Origin: a candidate division WOR-3 bacterium
GTDB taxonomy: Bacteria; Hydrothermota; Hydrothermia; LBFQ01
DNA length: 10,171 nucleotides
Assembly (NCBI GenBank): GCA_027050205.1
Contig: JALUCS010000092.1
Coordinates: forward strand, 1 to 10,171
Direction: 5' to 3'
Under the pieces are notes generated by a model. That model ran no database searches. It saw nothing but the letters and a program-made list of their open reading frames with translations, and had not been told where the DNA came from. Each line of letters begins with the position of its first letter. Within the stretch, counting starts at the first letter, position 1. The position numbers and the translations under genes were made by a program. Below, in pieces: positions 1 to 6,852 of this stretch.

Positions 1-89
1 GTCCCAAATCTACCTTGTGGAATTTGAGCGGGATCTTGTTAGCGTGCTTCTGGAGCTGATCTTCAGTCCCTACCCTGTGGAATCCGAAC
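1..89 (+). CRISPR. Probable trailer end of a CRISPR array: repeat-like unit 1-29, spacer-like 30-60, more degenerate repeat 61-89
   Basis: 1-29 is GTCCCAAATCTACCTTGTGGAATTTGAGC and 61-89 is CTTCAGTCCCTACCCTGTGGAATCCGAAC. The core CTACC(T/C)TGTGGAAT matches 13/14 at a 60-nt period (10-23 vs 70-83). Unit 1 resembles thermophile GT...TACC.TGTGGA.TTGAAAC-type repeats, recalled from memory and not searched. Only two units are visible and no cas genes are in the window. Confidence 0.55.
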
Positions 90-1086
90 TCTTTCGCATC
101 AGTTCCAAGAGTTTGGCGTAGATGTCAGGAAGTTTGTAGAATAGGGCGGCGCTGCGGTTGAAGCGGTTTCTGTCCCGTGCCGGTATTTTGCCCCCCAAGA
201 CCTTACCGGGCGGTACGTTAGAGGCTATACCGGAACCGGCGGCGGCTATCACGCCGTCCCCTACCTCAATATGGTCGGCAACCCCCACCTGACCTCCGAA
301 TACGACGTATGAGCCGACCTTCGTCCCTCCGGCTATGCCCGTCTGGGCAGCTATCACGGTGTGCGACCCTATTCGGACGTTGTGGGCTATCTGGACGAGG
401 TTGTCTATCTTGCTTCCTTTCCCTACGACGGTCTCCGAGAAGGTGGCCCTGTCCACGGTCGTGTTGGCCCCTATACGGACTTCTTCCCCTAACCTGACCT
501 TACCTATCTGTGGGATCCTAAGCCAGCCTTCGGAGGTCCGTACGAAACCGAAACCCTCCGCCCCGACTACAGCCCCCGGATGGATGAGGCACCTCTTCCC
601 AACCTCAACACCCCAGCCGATGTACGCGAAGGGGTAGATTATCGTCCCTTCACCTATACGGGCGTTCGGGCCGACGTACGCGAAGGGGTAGATGACCGCC
701 CCCCTCCCTATCACCGCCCCCCTTGAGATGTATGCGAACGGACCGATGGCTGCCCCCTCCTCTATTTCGGCTCCCTCCTCAATAAAGGCTGCCTCACTGA
801 CACCCTCAAAGGGATGGGGAGGTTCAAAGTGGGAGAGGAGACGGGCTAGGGCCTCCCTGTAGTTCCCTACCTTTACGAAGGCTTTGACCTTTGAGGGGGG
901 GCGTTCCCCTCCTACGACCACCCCCACCTCCTTGGAGATCGGAGACTTGCCGTCCCATACGGTCAGGTCCTCCGGCCCGGCCTCTTCGGACTCGGCTATC
1001 CCATTGGGTACGAAGTCCCCATCCCCCTCTATCTCCCCTCCCACTATCTCTGCTATCTCCCTCGCCGACGGTAGGCGTATCACCAT
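70..1086 (-). CDS. lpxD: UDP-3-O-(3-hydroxyacyl)glucosamine N-acyltransferase LpxD (338 aa)
   Basis: N-terminal UDP-binding domain, hexapeptide left-handed beta-helix repeats, and LpxD motifs [33 protein letters not shown] (catalytic His) and GGQVGVADH. The start is taken at ATG 1086 ([13 protein letters not shown]), which overlaps the aminotransferase stop. The ORF-track extension to 1296 is off-frame overlap. Confidence 0.95.
   Translation of the reverse strand: MVIRLPSAREIAEIVGGEIEGDGDFVPNGIAESEEAGPEDLTVWDGKSPISKEVGVVVGGERPPSKVKAFVKVGNYREALARLLSHFEPPHPFEGVSEAAFIEEGAEIEEGAAIGPFAYISRGAVIGRGAVIYPFAYVGPNARIGEGTIIYPFAYIGWGVEVGKRCLIHPGAVVGAEGFGFVRTSEGWLRIPQIGKVRLGEEVRIGANTTVDRATFSETVVGKGSKIDNLVQIAHNVRIGSHTVIAAQTGIAGGTKVGSYVVFGGQVGVADHIEVGDGVIAAAGSGIASNVPPGKVLGGKIPARDRNRFNRSAALFYKLPDIYAKLLELMRKSSDSTG
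616..693. repeat. Intragenic direct repeat (24 nt, 1 mismatch, 54-nt period) in lpxD
   Basis: GCCGA(T/C)GTACGCGAAGGGGTAGAT at 616-639 and 670-693 encodes IYPFAY(V/I)G twice. 54 nt equals one 18-aa beta-helix rung. Confidence 0.85.
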
Positions 1087-2159
1087 CCCTTTTCCTTCAG
1101 TATCTCGTCCATTACGGCGATAAGTTGGCTCACGTCCTCCTCGGTGAGGTCGCCCATATGCCCTATCCGGAAGGTCCTCTCCCTCAAGGGGCCGTACCCG
1201 TTGGCTATGGCGTACCCCCTCTTGCCCAGCTCCACCAAGAACTCGGAGACGGGTATGCCGCGGGTGTTGGCCACGCAGGTTATGGTGGGGGACCAATAAC
1301 CCCTCTCCGGGAACATGTCAAACTTCTCCAGCGCCCAGCTGCGGGCTATCTCGGCCATCCTCCGATGCCTCTCGTACCTCCTCTGTACACCCTCCTCAAG
1401 TATCCTGTCCAGCTGGTAGTCCAAGGCGTAGAAGAGGGAGATGTTGGGGGTGAAGGGGGTCTGGCGCTTCTTCTCGTAGTACTCTAACATCCTCTCAAAG
1501 TTGAAGTACATCCCCCTGTTCTCCACCTCCTTAGACCTCTCCATGGCCCTCGGACTTACGTAGGCGACGGTTATTCCGGGAGGGAGGCCAAAGGCCTTCT
1601 GGACGCTGGCGGCTACGGCGTCTATGCCCCATCCCTCCAGCTCAAGGGGTACCCCCAACATACCGCTAACGGCATCCACGAGGATAAGGGTATCCGGGGA
1701 GACCTCCCTCACCACCTCGGCGATCTCCTTGAGAGGGTTGGTCAGGCCCGTTGAGGACTCGTTATGCACCACCATAACGGCGTCGTAATGGTCCCTCTTG
1801 AGTTCCTCGGCCACCACCTCCGGCCGTACGGCCTTCCCCCACTCAAACTCTACGGCCTTCACCTCCTTTCCGTTAAGATGGGCGGCCTCAACCCACCTCT
1901 TGGAGAAGGAGCCGTTTACGGGGATGAGGACCCTCTCCTTGACGAAGTTCCTTATGAAGCCTTCCAACACACCCGTACCGGAGGACGTGAATACGAAGGC
2001 GTGGTAATCGGTGTTGAAGAGGCCCTTGAGTCTGTTGATTATACCCTCGTAGAGCTGGGAGAACTCCTTGCTCCTGTGGCCTATGAGGGGGCGGGCCTGC
2101 ATCTGGAGTACGTCCTCCAGCACCTCAACCGGTCCGGGGAGGAAGAGCTTTTTGTGCAT
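1080..2159 (-). CDS. Class-V PLP-dependent aminotransferase (alanine-glyoxylate / serine-pyruvate aminotransferase family), 359 aa
   Basis: Motifs [34 protein letters not shown] (PLP Asp), [11 protein letters not shown] (PLP Lys), TPFTP and FRIGHMG. Confidence 0.93.
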   Translation of the reverse strand: MHKKLFLPGPVEVLEDVLQMQARPLIGHRSKEFSQLYEGIINRLKGLFNTDYHAFVFTSSGTGVLEGFIRNFVKERVLIPVNGSFSKRWVEAAHLNGKEVKAVEFEWGKAVRPEVVAEELKRDHYDAVMVVHNESSTGLTNPLKEIAEVVREVSPDTLILVDAVSGMLGVPLELEGWGIDAVAASVQKAFGLPPGITVAYVSPRAMERSKEVENRGMYFNFERMLEYYEKKRQTPFTPNISLFYALDYQLDRILEEGVQRRYERHRRMAEIARSWALEKFDMFPERGYWSPTITCVANTRGIPVSEFLVELGKRGYAIANGYGPLRERTFRIGHMGDLTEEDVSQLIAVMDEILKEKGW

Positions 2160-2168
2160 AATCTCGGA

Positions 2169-2174
2169 ATTATA
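2169..2174 (-). promoter_or_regulatory. -10 element TATAAT of the aminotransferase-lpxD unit
   Basis: Perfect TATAAT on the minus strand in the 27-nt intergenic gap, 9 nt before ATG 2159. No SD and no recognisable -35. Confidence 0.7.
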
Positions 2175-2186
2175 CGAGGGAAGGCC

Positions 2187-3515
2187 TCAAGCGGAGCCGT
2201 CGGATCGGGAGAGTCGTATTAGGGCCTCCACCACCCTCTCCATCTCCATCCCCCTTGAGCCTTTGACGGCGATGACTTCGTACCCTGCCTCGTAGAGGTA
2301 TCGGGCTATCTCCCTGTAGGTGCTTGCCGTACGTCCCCTTACCCCACACGCCTTGGCCTCCTCCACCACGAACCTACTCCACTCACCGTAGCCCACCACC
2401 TCGGCTACGCCGTACTTACACATCTTACGCCCCGCCCACCTGTGCCAGTACTCCGACTCTTCCCCCAGCTCCAGCATATCCCCGAAGGCGAAGGCGACCC
2501 TCCTGTCGGGGTAGAGGAGGGAGATGGACCTTAGGAGGCCCTCAAGGGATATCGGGTTGGAGTTGTACGCGTCGTTTATGACGGTAAGGTTCCCAAGGTG
2601 GATGATCTCCATCCTCATGGGTTGGCCCCTGAAGGCTCGCAGGGCCTGGGCGACGTCCTCCAAGGGGATGCCGAAGAGCTTGGCGAAGGATACGGCGGCG
2701 AGGGCGTTGTGGGCGAAGCCCACGTGGGGGTAGGGTACCCAGAACCTCCTCCCCTCAAAGGTGAAGGATACCCCATCCTCGGAGAGGGATAGGGACTCAC
2801 CGCGGAAGTGGGAACCCTCCTTGAAGCCGTATCGGTAGTGGGGACGCTCCGGGAAGCGAGGGGAGTCGTCGGGGACGAGTACGAAGCCGGAGGCGTATCG
2901 GAGGGCGGAGAACTCCTCCTCAATCGCCCCGTAGGTGCTACCCAGCCCCTCAAGATGCTCCGGGCCGAGCTTGGTATAGACTATGTGGTCCGGTAGGGTG
3001 AGGGAGGCCAGCTCCCCTATCTCCCCCTTCCGGTTGGTACCCAGCTCCAGGACCCAGACGTCCTCCTCCCCCGTCGTGTTTAGGACGGTTAGGGCCACGC
3101 CTACGAGGTTGTTGAAGCTCTTTACGGGGCCGGCCACCCTGAACTGCCCCCGGAGTACCTGAAGGAGCATCTCCTTGGTCGTAGTCTTGCCAACGGCTCC
3201 GAGGACGGCCACCACCTGCCCCCCGAAGGACTTCCTCGCCCACCTTACCATCTCCCTTAGGGCGGAGTAGGTGTCCTCAACTATCACCCCCGCCTCAAGG
3301 CCGGGTACGGCCCTCTCAACGAGGGCGCCGGAGGCCCCCTTGGCGAAGGCTTCGGCTACGAAGGAGTGTCCGTCTGCCCGCTCACCTTTGAGGGCGACGA
3401 AGAGCTGGCCCGGTTTCACCTTACGGCTGTCGGTCGCTACGCCGGAGAACTCCCTGTCTCCTCCTATCGGTGTCCCACCGGTGAGGCGGGCGAGGTCGGA
3501 GAGTTTCATCCTCAT
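2187..3515 (-). CDS. murF: UDP-N-acetylmuramoyl-tripeptide--D-alanyl-D-alanine ligase MurF (442 aa)
   Basis: Motifs TDSRKV, LFVALKGERADGH, P-loop GAVGKTTTKEML, SFNNLVG, LELGTN..GEI, HLEGLGS, INDAYNSNP, GDMLELG and VKGSRGM. Alternative start at ATG 3509. Confidence 0.96.
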   Translation of the reverse strand: MRMKLSDLARLTGGTPIGGDREFSGVATDSRKVKPGQLFVALKGERADGHSFVAEAFAKGASGALVERAVPGLEAGVIVEDTYSALREMVRWARKSFGGQVVAVLGAVGKTTTKEMLLQVLRGQFRVAGPVKSFNNLVGVALTVLNTTGEEDVWVLELGTNRKGEIGELASLTLPDHIVYTKLGPEHLEGLGSTYGAIEEEFSALRYASGFVLVPDDSPRFPERPHYRYGFKEGSHFRGESLSLSEDGVSFTFEGRRFWVPYPHVGFAHNALAAVSFAKLFGIPLEDVAQALRAFRGQPMRMEIIHLGNLTVINDAYNSNPISLEGLLRSISLLYPDRRVAFAFGDMLELGEESEYWHRWAGRKMCKYGVAEVVGYGEWSRFVVEEAKACGVRGRTASTYREIARYLYEAGYEVIAVKGSRGMEMERVVEALIRLSRSDGSA

Positions 3516-3524
3516 CAGGTGAGC

Positions 3525-3530
3525 ATTTTA
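3525..3530 (-). promoter_or_regulatory. -10 element TAAAAT of murF
   Basis: TAAAAT on the minus strand 9 nt before ATG 3515, with no SD. Confidence 0.6.
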
Positions 3531-3566
3531 AGGGCAAAAAGCAGCCAAAAACCCGAAGGATTCCAG

Positions 3567-3572
3567 TATAAT
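3567..3572 (+). promoter_or_regulatory. -10 element TATAAT of the secreted-protein gene
   Basis: Perfect TATAAT 10 nt before ATG 3583, with no SD. Lies in the 67-nt divergent intergenic region. Confidence 0.7.
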
Positions 3573-3582
3573 AGCCGGTACC

Positions 3583-4641
3583 ATGATAGGCTTGACGCTT
3601 CTCCTCACGAACAGCGACTACGTGCAACCTGCGGGTGTAGGGTGCGGCAACGGGGGGTCGGACGACGCTTCCATCTTGGCGATGTACAGTCCCCCGTCCA
3701 GCATCATAAGCGTATCCACCTCCGACGCCCAGATCTACTCCTTCCAGTATCCGCCGGGTGTGGAGCATTACCGTCTGGGGTGCTACTGCAACGGCTGGGG
3801 CATAGGCTACGGTAGCGGCTCCTACTACAGCTATACCCACTACGACAACAGCCTCTACGGCCTGACCCTTGAGTCCAGTACGACGGTATCCTGGGGACCC
3901 GTCTACCGCTGGAGGGTGGTCTACAGGACGAACGACTGGCGCTTCCGCATCATCCACCAGTTCGCCTACTGTCCGGGTAGCGGGGGCCTAAGGGTAAGGG
4001 CCACCATAAGGAACATATCCGGCACCACCCAGTACGGCGTGAAGTTCAAGAGGTACATAGACTGGGATATGAACCCCGGATACTTCGGCAGCAACTACTT
4101 CTACCGCACCTCCACCATGTGCTACGCCGTAGCCAGCTCCTGGAACCGCTACGCCGCCCTCGCTGCCATCGGCCCCACCCCCTCCGTCATAGAGCTGTAC
4201 GGCTGGGACCACTACTACACCTACACCTCCTCCAGCGACTACTCATCCTACACGGGGGACGGCTACTGCATTCTGGACTGGTACATAGGGACGATGTACC
4301 CCGGAGACAGCTTCCACATAGACGCCTGCTACGCCGCCGGCTCTGACTACAGCAGCCTGACGTCCCACGTATCCTCATGCGCCGCCTGTCCTCTGGAGGC
4401 GGGAACGGAAGGTGACGAGCTGGCCGTTGATGAGAAGGCGGAGGTCCGGGAGGTCTCCATAACCGTACGGGGTAGGGAGATCCTTATATCCGGATACTCC
4501 GGTGAGGTTCGGGTGTATGCCACGGACGGAGACCTCGTCGCCTACAAGCAGATCGCTGGGAAGGGCAGCCTCCGTGTCCCCACGAGCGGAGCCTACATCG
4601 TGAAGGCCGGCGGTTATGCCAAAGTGGTCGTGGTGAGATGA
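3583..4641 (+). CDS. Uncharacterised secreted Tyr/Ser/Gly/Cys-rich protein with a putative T9SS (Por) C-terminal sorting domain, 352 aa
   Basis: Long ORF with strongly C-ending codons and an extracellular composition (about 38 Tyr, 9 Cys, only 2 Lys in aa 1-280). The last ~72 aa (AVDE...VRVYATDGDLV...SGAYIVK...KVVVVR) follow the T9SS CTD pattern (IYxxxGxxV, GxYxV, terminal KxxV). CDS confidence is high; the function call is moderate. Confidence 0.8.
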   Translation: MIGLTLLLTNSDYVQPAGVGCGNGGSDDASILAMYSPPSSIISVSTSDAQIYSFQYPPGVEHYRLGCYCNGWGIGYGSGSYYSYTHYDNSLYGLTLESSTTVSWGPVYRWRVVYRTNDWRFRIIHQFAYCPGSGGLRVRATIRNISGTTQYGVKFKRYIDWDMNPGYFGSNYFYRTSTMCYAVASSWNRYAALAAIGPTPSVIELYGWDHYYTYTSSSDYSSYTGDGYCILDWYIGTMYPGDSFHIDACYAAGSDYSSLTSHVSSCAACPLEAGTEGDELAVDEKAEVREVSITVRGREILISGYSGEVRVYATDGDLVAYKQIAGKGSLRVPTSGAYIVKAGGYAKVVVVR

Positions 4642-4663
4642 CGATAAGAGAGGCCTCCACCCC

Positions 4664-4669
4664 TAAAAT
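4664..4669 (+). promoter_or_regulatory. -10 element TAAAAT of the membrane-protein gene
   Basis: TAAAAT 8 nt before ATG 4678 in a 36-nt gap, with no SD at a usable spacing. Confidence 0.6.
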
Positions 4670-4677
4670 CCCGTATT

Positions 4678-5748
4678 ATGCTGTGGAGTGTGCTGATCAG
4701 TACGCACGTTTCCAAGGATAACGGGAAGACGGAGGAGCAGAAGGTTGAGGAACTGGGCTTCGTAGCCGGGCAGTCCGCCCTTGGGTGCTGCGCCTACTCG
4801 TGGCTCGCCGGTACGACGGTAGGGGGGACGGCGGGGTGCTGCGTAGGTATGGCGACGCCTCTGGCCTGTATGTCCCTATCGGCGGCCTACGCCACGACGG
4901 TGGGTGTGAAACCCTACGGGGCCTTGGCTTCCTTTACGGGAGGGGTGGACGGCCTCCTCTGGGGCTTCTTAGCCCTAAGCACCCTTGAGGCCAACGGCGT
5001 TAACGTACCCGGTGCTTTGAATACCGGTATCCCCCTGGCGACGAGCCTGATCCTCAACGGCGGGTGGATGGCTTACTCCCAGGTGGGAGGAAGTTCCGAG
5101 GGGGCTTACCTGACCAAGACCCTGTTCGCCTTCCAGGCTCCCTACTACTACCTACAGCTCAAGAGGCTCGCCCTGGGGGACTACGTCAGGTTTGACTCCA
5201 GCGGAAACCTCGTAGGTGAGGACCTCAAGAGGGATCTGACGGCCATAACCGGCGTATCCGTTGCCGGCGGGCTTGGTGGCTTCATCTTAACAAGAGGATG
5301 GGAGGGCTACACTGCCGGGGACGCCCTCTTCCTCTCCTCCAACATCTCCAAAGGTTCCTTGGTGTTGAGCAACCTCGTCAGGACGGCCTACCTTCAGACC
5401 TTCTGGTCCCAAGACAGATGGCAATCAGAGCAGTGGAAGTACTACGTAGCCCTCGTATCGGGGTACTACCCCGGTTCCCCTACCATGAACAGGCTCGGTA
5501 GTTTCGCCCAGTTGGCCGGTGGGGTGGCCGGCGGAGTTCTCTCCTATCACCTGATAAAGAGGAGGCACATATCCCTCCTCGGAGGACTGCTCTACTCCAC
5601 CGTCCCCGCCTTCGCGTACTGGGCAGCCTGGGCGCCCGCCATCCTCTTTGAGAGGGATCCTCGCCCCTACACCAGCTTTATGCCCCTCGTACAGATAGCC
5701 CTGGACCTTGGGACGTCCTACCTCATCTACCGCCTCACCACGAGGTAG
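4678..5748 (+). CDS. Uncharacterised Gly-rich polytopic membrane protein, 356 aa
   Basis: The ORF fills the gap between its neighbours and has many hydrophobic Gly/Ala-rich segments (GGVDGLLWGFLAL, GVSVAGGLGGFIL, LAGGVAGGVLSY, LLGGLLYSTVPAFAYWAAWAPAILF). No family recognised. Confidence 0.8.
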   Translation: MLWSVLISTHVSKDNGKTEEQKVEELGFVAGQSALGCCAYSWLAGTTVGGTAGCCVGMATPLACMSLSAAYATTVGVKPYGALASFTGGVDGLLWGFLALSTLEANGVNVPGALNTGIPLATSLILNGGWMAYSQVGGSSEGAYLTKTLFAFQAPYYYLQLKRLALGDYVRFDSSGNLVGEDLKRDLTAITGVSVAGGLGGFILTRGWEGYTAGDALFLSSNISKGSLVLSNLVRTAYLQTFWSQDRWQSEQWKYYVALVSGYYPGSPTMNRLGSFAQLAGGVAGGVLSYHLIKRRHISLLGGLLYSTVPAFAYWAAWAPAILFERDPRPYTSFMPLVQIALDLGTSYLIYRLTTR

Positions 5749-5757
5749 CATCCCCCT

Positions 5758-5763
5758 TAAAAT
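5758..5763 (+). promoter_or_regulatory. -10 element TAAAAT upstream of recA
   Basis: CCCCCT-TAAAAT-ACCCGT in the intergenic gap, in the same context as the murF and 4678 promoters. Confidence 0.55.
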
Positions 5764-5779
5764 ACCCGTCTTGAAAGGT

Positions 5780-5787
5780 AGGAGGTG
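5780..5787 (+). promoter_or_regulatory. Shine-Dalgarno AGGAGGTG of recA
   Basis: Strong SD consensus just before ATG 5791, at short spacing. Confidence 0.7.
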
Positions 5788-5790
5788 TTG

Positions 5791-6852
5791 ATGGCAAAAC
5801 GGAAAGAGACGGGGAGCGCGGAGGAGGTGAAGAGGAAGCTCCTTGAAGAGACCCTCAAGAGGGTGCAGAAGGCCTACGGACCCGGCGCCGTGATGAGGCT
5901 GGACGAGGGGTCCGTACTCAAGATAGAGGCCATTCCCACCGGTTCCCTCGCCCTTGACGCCGCCATAGGTGTGGGTGGGTACCCGCGGGGGCGGATAGTG
6001 GAGATCTACGGGGCCGAGGCCTCCGGTAAGACCACCCTCGCCCTGATGGCCATAGCCGAGGCCCAGAAGCTCGGTGGCACCGCTCTCTTCATAGACGCCG
6101 AGCATGCCTTCAGCGAGGAGTACGCCCAATCCCTCGGCATAAACACCAAGGAGAACTTCCTGGTCAGCCAGCCCGACTACGGCGAGCAGGCGTTGGACAT
6201 AGCCTCGCAGTTCATAAGGACCGGGGCGGTGGATATCGTCGTCATAGACTCCGTCGCCGCCCTCGTGCCAAAGGCCGAGTTGGAGGGGACGATAGAGGAC
6301 CAGCAGATGGGCCTACAGGCCCGCCTAATGTCCAAGGCCCTGCGTATGCTCTCCGCCGACGTCTCCAAGACCAACGCCGTGGTCATCTTCATAAACCAAG
6401 TCAGGGAGAAGATAGGGGTGATGTTCGGGAACCCGGAGACCACCCCCGGAGGTAGGGCCTTGAAGTTCTTCTCCTCCGTCAGGCTTGAGGTACGGAGGGG
6501 GGAGGCCATAAGGGACAAGGAGAACAACCTCGTAGGCCACATGCTCAAGATAAAGGTCGTGAAGAACAAGGTCGCCCCGCCCTACCGGGAGGCCGTTGTG
6601 CCTCTGATATACGGCAAGGGCGTGGACCGCTTGGGGGAGGTCTTTGACCTCGCCGTCTCCTACGGCATAATCAAGAAGGCCGGCTCGTGGTACTCCTACG
6701 GGGGGAACCAGCTCGGTCAGGGTAGGGAGAGATCCCTTGAGACCCTGCGGGAGAATCCCGACCTCTACCGCGAGATAGAGGGCAAGGTACTTGAGGCCCT
6801 TGGCCTTAAGAAGGAGGAGAACGAAACCAAGGAAGAAGGAGGGGAAAGATGA
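5791..6852 (+). CDS. recA: Recombinase RecA (353 aa)
   Basis: Motifs IPTGSLALDAAIGVGGYPRGRIVEIYG, Walker A GAEASGKTT, FIDAEHA, SQPDYGEQAL, VIDSVAALVPKAE, QARLMSKALR, FINQVREKIGVMFGNPETTPGGRALKF and KNKVAPP. No intein. ATG 5791 is preferred because GTG 5785 lies inside the SD. Confidence 0.99.
   Translation: MAKRKETGSAEEVKRKLLEETLKRVQKAYGPGAVMRLDEGSVLKIEAIPTGSLALDAAIGVGGYPRGRIVEIYGAEASGKTTLALMAIAEAQKLGGTALFIDAEHAFSEEYAQSLGINTKENFLVSQPDYGEQALDIASQFIRTGAVDIVVIDSVAALVPKAELEGTIEDQQMGLQARLMSKALRMLSADVSKTNAVVIFINQVREKIGVMFGNPETTPGGRALKFFSSVRLEVRRGEAIRDKENNLVGHMLKIKVVKNKVAPPYREAVVPLIYGKGVDRLGEVFDLAVSYGIIKKAGSWYSYGGNQLGQGRERSLETLRENPDLYREIEGKVLEALGLKKEENETKEEGGER

Noticed and set aside
2..121. Open plus-strand frame [43 protein letters not shown] as the 3' end of a convergent gene
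   Set aside because: It would overlap lpxD by 52 nt, has no recognisable motif, and the region is better explained by the repeat-spacer-repeat structure. It cannot be fully excluded without upstream sequence.
616..693. 54-nt-period direct repeat as a possible CRISPR or mobile-element signature
   Set aside because: It is in frame within lpxD and equals one beta-helix rung, so protein repeats explain it.
1087..1296. 70-aa N-terminal extension of LpxD in the ORF track
   Set aside because: It lies in another frame of the aminotransferase gene. LpxD similarity begins at ATG 1086.
3631..3645. AGVGC (Cys21) as a lipoprotein lipobox
   Set aside because: The preceding residues (NSDYVQP) are polar and the -3 residue is Gly, so it does not fit an SPII signal.
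4378..4392. CAACP as a heme c or ferredoxin motif
   Set aside because: There is no His after CxxC and no further ferredoxin Cys spacing. A structural disulfide is more likely.
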